64,000 bases of DNA from the NCBI GenBank assembly GCA_041694375.1, contig JASMTI010000198.1, positions 12,351 through 76,350 on the forward strand, given 5' to 3'. Origin of the DNA: Bacteroidales bacterium (GTDB taxonomy: Bacteria; Bacteroidota; Bacteroidia; Bacteroidales; Prolixibacteraceae). This document shows positions 59,488 to 64,000 of this stretch, piece by piece. Made by a program: the position numbers and the translations under genes. How positions within the stretch are numbered: the stretch's first letter is position 1; each line of letters opens with the position of its first letter. Below the pieces are notes generated by a model. The model ran no database searches. It saw only the letters and a list, made by a program, of their open reading frames with translations, and was not told the origin of the DNA.

Positions 59488-59642
59488 AATGTTACTTACA
59501 GAATCGGCTCAAAAATACAAATAATAATGAATACAACAAAATCAGGGAGTTAAATATCACATGGCTCAAGTAATTTGATAATACTATGTTCATTTATTGG
59601 CATTTGTTGTTCAATTATCATTATTAAATTGTAAAACTTATC

Positions 59643-59650
59643 TATTTTTG
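59643..59650 (+). promoter_or_regulatory. -7 box for the HD-lpx operon
   Basis: TATTTTTG upstream of TTG 59708. Confidence 0.5.
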
Positions 59651-59707
59651 TGAAAACATTTAATAGAATTGTAAGTTGCACTTATTTTGAAAGGATAATA
59701 ATCTAAT

Positions 59708-60946
59708 TTGCAAACCAATAAGCGAAAAATATTAAACGATCCGGTGTTTGGCTTTATCAGCCTGCATTCCGATATTATATTCGATCTGATTGAACACCCA
59801 TACATCCAGCGGCTTAGGCGCATTAAACAGCTTGGTTTGTCGGCGCTTGTTTACCCGGGGGCAAACCATACAAGGTTTGAGCATGCACTGGGCGCGTTGC
59901 ACCTGATGTATTCTGCCATTCAGGTATTGCGTTCAAAAAGTGTAAAAATAACTGATGAAGAGGCTGAAGCAGCCATGATTGCCATTTTGTTACACGATAT
60001 TGGACATGGACCATTTTCTCATGCACTGGAACATACCATTGTTAAGGGGGTTACACACGAACAGCTTTCGTTGTTGATGATGCAACAACTAAATGTTGAA
60101 TTTGACCATAAGTTGCAAACTGCAATCCTGATTTTTACAAATAATTATCCCAAAAAATTTTTACATCAGTTGGTTTCAAGCCAACTCGATATGGACCGTA
60201 TGGATTACCTGAGGCGCGATAGTTTTTTTAGCGGTGTGGTTGAGGGCACAATTGGTTCCGACAGGATTATAAAAATGCTGGATGTTCGCAATGGCTATTT
60301 AGTTGTCGAGAAAAAAGGGATTTATTCGGTCGAAAAATTTTTAATCGCACGCCGGCTTATGTATTGGCAGGTATATTTGCATAAAACTGTAATTGCTGCC
60401 GAACATGTATTAATTAACGTGTTGAGAAGGGCTAAACAGCTTACCCGCCAGGGTGTTGAGTTGTTTGCTGCCCCACAGTTGAGATGGTTCCTGAAAAACA
60501 ACCTCGATCCTGAGTGTTTTGAAGATGAATTGTTGAGGAAGGAGCTGATCGGTAATTTTATTGAGCTCGATGATAGCGATTTAATCAGTTCAATAAAAGT
60601 TTGGTGTAATGAACCGGATTTTATTTTATCATATTTATCGAAAGCAATTATAAACCGACAGTTATTGCGCATTAAAATTAGCGACAAAAAAATATCTAAA
60701 AACAAAATTGAAAAATTAAGCGATAAGGCATTAATGCAAATGAAGATCAATCCTGATGTATTAGAGTATCTTGTTTTTACAGGTGATATATCAAATAGTA
60801 TCTACGAAAAAAATTCGGATGATATTATGGTTTTGACAAAGAATGGAAAGACCAAAACACTAGAAGATGCATCGGACATCGATTTGAAGGCATTGACCCG
60901 AAAAGTAACCAAGCATTATGTCTGTTATCCAAAGGAATTAGATTAG
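59708..60946 (+). CDS. HD-domain phosphohydrolase (dNTP triphosphohydrolase-like)
   Basis: TTG start, NDPVFGFI, QRLRRIKQLG, HTRFEHALG, LLHDIGHGPFSH, DMDRMDYL.RD. Confidence 0.92.
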   Translation: MQTNKRKILNDPVFGFISLHSDIIFDLIEHPYIQRLRRIKQLGLSALVYPGANHTRFEHALGALHLMYSAIQVLRSKSVKITDEEAEAAMIAILLHDIGHGPFSHALEHTIVKGVTHEQLSLLMMQQLNVEFDHKLQTAILIFTNNYPKKFLHQLVSSQLDMDRMDYLRRDSFFSGVVEGTIGSDRIIKMLDVRNGYLVVEKKGIYSVEKFLIARRLMYWQVYLHKTVIAAEHVLINVLRRAKQLTRQGVELFAAPQLRWFLKNNLDPECFEDELLRKELIGNFIELDDSDLISSIKVWCNEPDFILSYLSKAIINRQLLRIKISDKKISKNKIEKLSDKALMQMKINPDVLEYLVFTGDISNSIYEKNSDDIMVLTKNGKTKTLEDASDIDLKALTRKVTKHYVCYPKELD

Positions 60947-60992
60947 AATTAAAATTTTTATTTATTTCGCAGATTAAACTTATTTAAAATAT

Positions 60993-62021
60993 ATGGAATT
61001 CACTGCACGTGAGATTGCAACTTTTCTGGGAGGAGAAGTTGAGGGCGATCAGAATGTTACAATAAATAATGTATCAAAAATTGAAGAGGGGAAGCCAGGT
61101 ACTTTAACCTTTTTGGCTAACCCAAAGTATCAGGCATTTATTTATGAAACAAATGCCGATGTTGTGTTGGTCAACCGTACATTTAAACCCGAGAAGCCTG
61201 TAAAGGCAACCATGATAAAAGTACAAAATGCTTATGATGCGCTGGCTAAGTTAATGGATTTGTATGTTCAATCCCTTCCCCGGAAAACAGGCTTAGAGGT
61301 TCCATCATACGTGTCGTCAAAATCAAAATACGGTACCGATACGTACATTGGTGCATTTGCATATATCGACGAAGATGTAACAATAGGCAATAACGTGCAG
61401 ATATATCCACAAGCCTGGATTGGACGTGGAACCGTAATTGAAGATAACTCGATAATTTATGCCGGGGCCAAAATATATCCCGAAACAAAAATTGGGAAAA
61501 ATTGTATCATTCACGCCGGGGCAGTAATTGGCTCCGATGGTTTTGGTTTTGCCCCCCAGGACGATGGTTCGTACCGTAAGTTGCATCAGATTGGGAATGT
61601 TATTCTTGAAGATAACGTAGAAATTGGGGCCAATACAACCATCGATTGTGCAACCATGGGCTCAACCATTATCCGCCATGGTGTTAAACTCGATAATTTG
61701 GTGCAAATAGCGCATAATGTTGAGATTAAAGAGAATACGGTAATGGCTTCTCAATCGGGTATTGCCGGTTCATCAACCATTGGTAAAAACTGTGTATTGG
61801 GTGGCCAGGTTGGCGTTGCCGGGCACATTAAAGTGGGCGATAAAGTACAGTTGGGCGCTAAAACCGGCGTTAAGAACAATGTAAAAGATGGAACAACCAT
61901 GATGGGCGAATGGGCCATGGATGCCCGGAAATTCAGAAGGGTATATGCAGTATTTAAAAACCTGCCCGAGTTATACCACGATTTTTATACGTTGAAAAGA
62001 AACCTGGAAAAGAAATTATAA
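60993..62021 (+). CDS. lpxD: UDP-3-O-acylglucosamine N-acyltransferase
   Basis: LTFLANPKY, hexapeptide repeats, GSDGFGF, KLDNLVQIAHNV. Confidence 0.97.
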   Translation: MEFTAREIATFLGGEVEGDQNVTINNVSKIEEGKPGTLTFLANPKYQAFIYETNADVVLVNRTFKPEKPVKATMIKVQNAYDALAKLMDLYVQSLPRKTGLEVPSYVSSKSKYGTDTYIGAFAYIDEDVTIGNNVQIYPQAWIGRGTVIEDNSIIYAGAKIYPETKIGKNCIIHAGAVIGSDGFGFAPQDDGSYRKLHQIGNVILEDNVEIGANTTIDCATMGSTIIRHGVKLDNLVQIAHNVEIKENTVMASQSGIAGSSTIGKNCVLGGQVGVAGHIKVGDKVQLGAKTGVKNNVKDGTTMMGEWAMDARKFRRVYAVFKNLPELYHDFYTLKRNLEKKL

Positions 62022-62076
62022 AAACGCGCATAACCACCCTCTTTTTATGGGTTATAGCGAATAAAAAATAGTAATT

Positions 62077-63474
62077 ATGGTGGATAAACAAAAAACCATA
62101 CTGAATGAAGTAACCCTTACCGGAAAGGGATTGCATACCGGTTTGCCAGTAGAGATGACCATTAAAACGGCTTCTGCAAATACCGGTATTGTGTTTGTTC
62201 GTATTGATTTAGATGAGCCGGTTGAAATTGAAGCCGATGTAAAAAATGTTGTTGACACATCACGTGGAACAGTGATTGAAAAAGACGGTGCGCGTGTTTC
62301 AACCATCGAGCACACAATGGCAGCCCTGGCAGCCCTTCATATCGATAATGCCCGCATTGAAATAAATGCCCCTGAAACACCAATCCTCGACGGGAGTTCA
62401 AAGCTGATACTCGAAGGTATTGGCGAAACAAATATAAAGGAACTCGATGTTGAACGTGAGTATTTTGAGATTAGGGAGAAGGTTACCATTAAAGATGAAG
62501 AAAGTGGTGCCGAATTAATAGCACTGCCCGACAACGACTATAGCATTGACGTGATGATATCGTTTAACTCACCGGTATTAAACAATCAATATGCAAAGCT
62601 CGATTCGCTGGACAATTTTAAAACCGAAATTGCCCCTTGCCGAACTTTTGTGTTTTTGCATGAGCTTGAGTTTCTGTTGAATAATAACCTGGTGAAAGGT
62701 GGCGATTTGGACAACGCAATTGTTATTATGGACCGTGATGTGAACCAGCAGGAACTTGACCGTATTGCCGATTTATTTCATCACGAGCACATTAAGCTAA
62801 ACGGTAAAAAGGGTATTTTGAATAACCTTAAACTCCATTTTGACAATGAACCGGCAAGGCATAAACTACTTGACATTGTAGGCGACCTCTCGCTGGTTGG
62901 TCGGCCGCTAAAGGGTAAAATAATTGCTACACGCCCGGGGCACTCGGCTAATGTGCAGTTTGCCCGCTTATTGCAAAAAGAAATGCATAAGCAGTTTTCA
63001 AAAACTGCGCCCCCGGTTTATAATTGCGCTGAAGAACCGGTAATGGATATTCTGAAAATAAGGGAGCTTTTGCCACACCGCTATCCGTTTTTAATGGTTG
63101 ATAAGGTTGTTGAAATAAAAGGTAAGCATATTGTAGGTGTTAAAAACATCACATCAAATGAACCTATTTTTACCGGGCATTTCCCATCTGAACCAGTATT
63201 TCCCGGTGTGTTGCAGGTTGAGGCTATGGCCCAGGTGGGCGGATTATATGTTCTGAACCAAATGGACCCGACCAAAAAGTATTCAACCTATTTTATGAAA
63301 ATCGATGCCATAAAATTCAGGAAAAAAATTGTTCCGGGTGACACTATGGTTATTAAAGTTGAGTTGGTATCACCAATACGGAGGGGCATTGCCACCATGA
63401 AAGGATATGTATTTGTTGGTAACCAGTTGGCTTCCGAGGGTGAGTTTATGGCCCAGATTGTAGAAGAAAAATAG
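62077..63474 (+). CDS. lpxC: Bifunctional LpxC/FabZ
   Basis: GKGLHTG, TIEHTMAAL, RHKLLDIVGD, followed by the FabZ domain LPHRYPFLMVD, GHFP..PVFPGVLQVEAMAQ. Confidence 0.97.
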   Translation: MVDKQKTILNEVTLTGKGLHTGLPVEMTIKTASANTGIVFVRIDLDEPVEIEADVKNVVDTSRGTVIEKDGARVSTIEHTMAALAALHIDNARIEINAPETPILDGSSKLILEGIGETNIKELDVEREYFEIREKVTIKDEESGAELIALPDNDYSIDVMISFNSPVLNNQYAKLDSLDNFKTEIAPCRTFVFLHELEFLLNNNLVKGGDLDNAIVIMDRDVNQQELDRIADLFHHEHIKLNGKKGILNNLKLHFDNEPARHKLLDIVGDLSLVGRPLKGKIIATRPGHSANVQFARLLQKEMHKQFSKTAPPVYNCAEEPVMDILKIRELLPHRYPFLMVDKVVEIKGKHIVGVKNITSNEPIFTGHFPSEPVFPGVLQVEAMAQVGGLYVLNQMDPTKKYSTYFMKIDAIKFRKKIVPGDTMVIKVELVSPIRRGIATMKGYVFVGNQLASEGEFMAQIVEEK

Positions 63475-63495
63475 TTGAGATAAAATAATATAGAG

Positions 63496-64000
63496 ATGAA
63501 GGATATAATTGCGAATATACACCCCAATGCAACCATAGGAAAGAATGTTGTAATTGATTCATTTGTAACCATCGAAGAGGATGTGGTTATAGGAGATAAT
63601 ACCTGGATTGGACCCAATGCTGTTATTATGAACGGTACCCGCATTGGTGAAAATTGTAAAATTTTTCCTGGTGCTGTTTTAGGGGGGTTACCACAGGATT
63701 TGAAATATAAAGGTGAAGAAACATTTGTGTTTATTGGTGACAATACCACCATCAGGGAATATGTAACAGTGAACAAAGGTACCGCCGCGAAAGAAAAAAC
63801 TGTTATTGGCAACCATTGCCTGTTGCAATCATATGGACATGTAGCACACGATTGTAAACTAAATAACAATGTAATATTAGGCAGTCATGCCGGCCTTGCA
63901 GGTGAGGTTGTGGTTGACGATTTTGCGATTATTAGCCCATATTCTGCTGTTCATCAATTCTGCCGCATCGGGAAACATTCGTTTATTGCCGGTGGCAGCC
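63496..64000 (+). CDS. lpxA: UDP-N-acetylglucosamine acyltransferase, truncated by the window end
   Basis: ATG 63496, MKDIIANIHPNATIGKNV, PQDLKYKGEET, HVAHDC, VHQFCRIG. Open to 64000. Confidence 0.95.
   Translation, partial: MKDIIANIHPNATIGKNVVIDSFVTIEEDVVIGDNTWIGPNAVIMNGTRIGENCKIFPGAVLGGLPQDLKYKGEETFVFIGDNTTIREYVTVNKGTAAKEKTVIGNHCLLQSYGHVAHDCKLNNNVILGSHAGLAGEVVVDDFAIISPYSAVHQFCRIGKHSFIAGGS

Noticed and set aside
63288-63869. 193-aa minus-strand ORF
   Set aside because: Shadow of lpxC-fabZ and lpxA. The real gene is lpxA on the plus strand from 63496.
63880-63960. LpxA with Glu in place of the E. coli His144 (LAGEV)
   Set aside because: To my recollection this substitution is common in Bacteroidales LpxA, so it is not unusual.

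Overview
64 kb of a Bacteroidota chromosome, probably a Bacteroidales lineage (inference from TAnnTTTG promoters, fused LpxC-FabZ, SusC/SusD and T9SS genes). About 46 CDS; no tRNA, rRNA, CRISPR array or transposase was seen. In order: TPR-like secreted protein, LytS-type kinase and DUF4870; methylmalonyl-CoA mutase mutA/mutB with a four-helix-bundle gene between them, bracketed by inverted 7-mer arrays; a TonB receptor-DUF4374-PepSY-TM operon (XusABC-like iron uptake) extended by a CysJ-like diflavin reductase; a serine-racemase-like enzyme with a small Cys protein; nitroreductase, lipase, AKR and flavin reductase; T9SS porP-porK-porL-porM-porN followed by a second porK; arginase-fold protein, topA, PBP1A and lipoproteins; kinase, LytTR regulator, ald, tsaE and gcvH; an ECF-sigma/FecR pectin PUL (SusC, SusD, GH28, GH105, PL22-like, GH28) with a probable antisense sRNA; rimP-nusA-infB; HD protein, lpxD, lpxC-fabZ and partial lpxA. 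Best leads: (1) the Xus-like operon with its own diflavin electron donor, (2) two PorK paralogs that differ in cysteine content and appear to be separately transcribed, (3) the 7-mer-flanked four-helix-bundle cassette and two gene-less short-repeat sites. Family assignments come from motif recognition, not database searches. Several starts were moved downstream of the ORF track, and the 13936-14886 gene was confirmed on the minus strand from the sequence.
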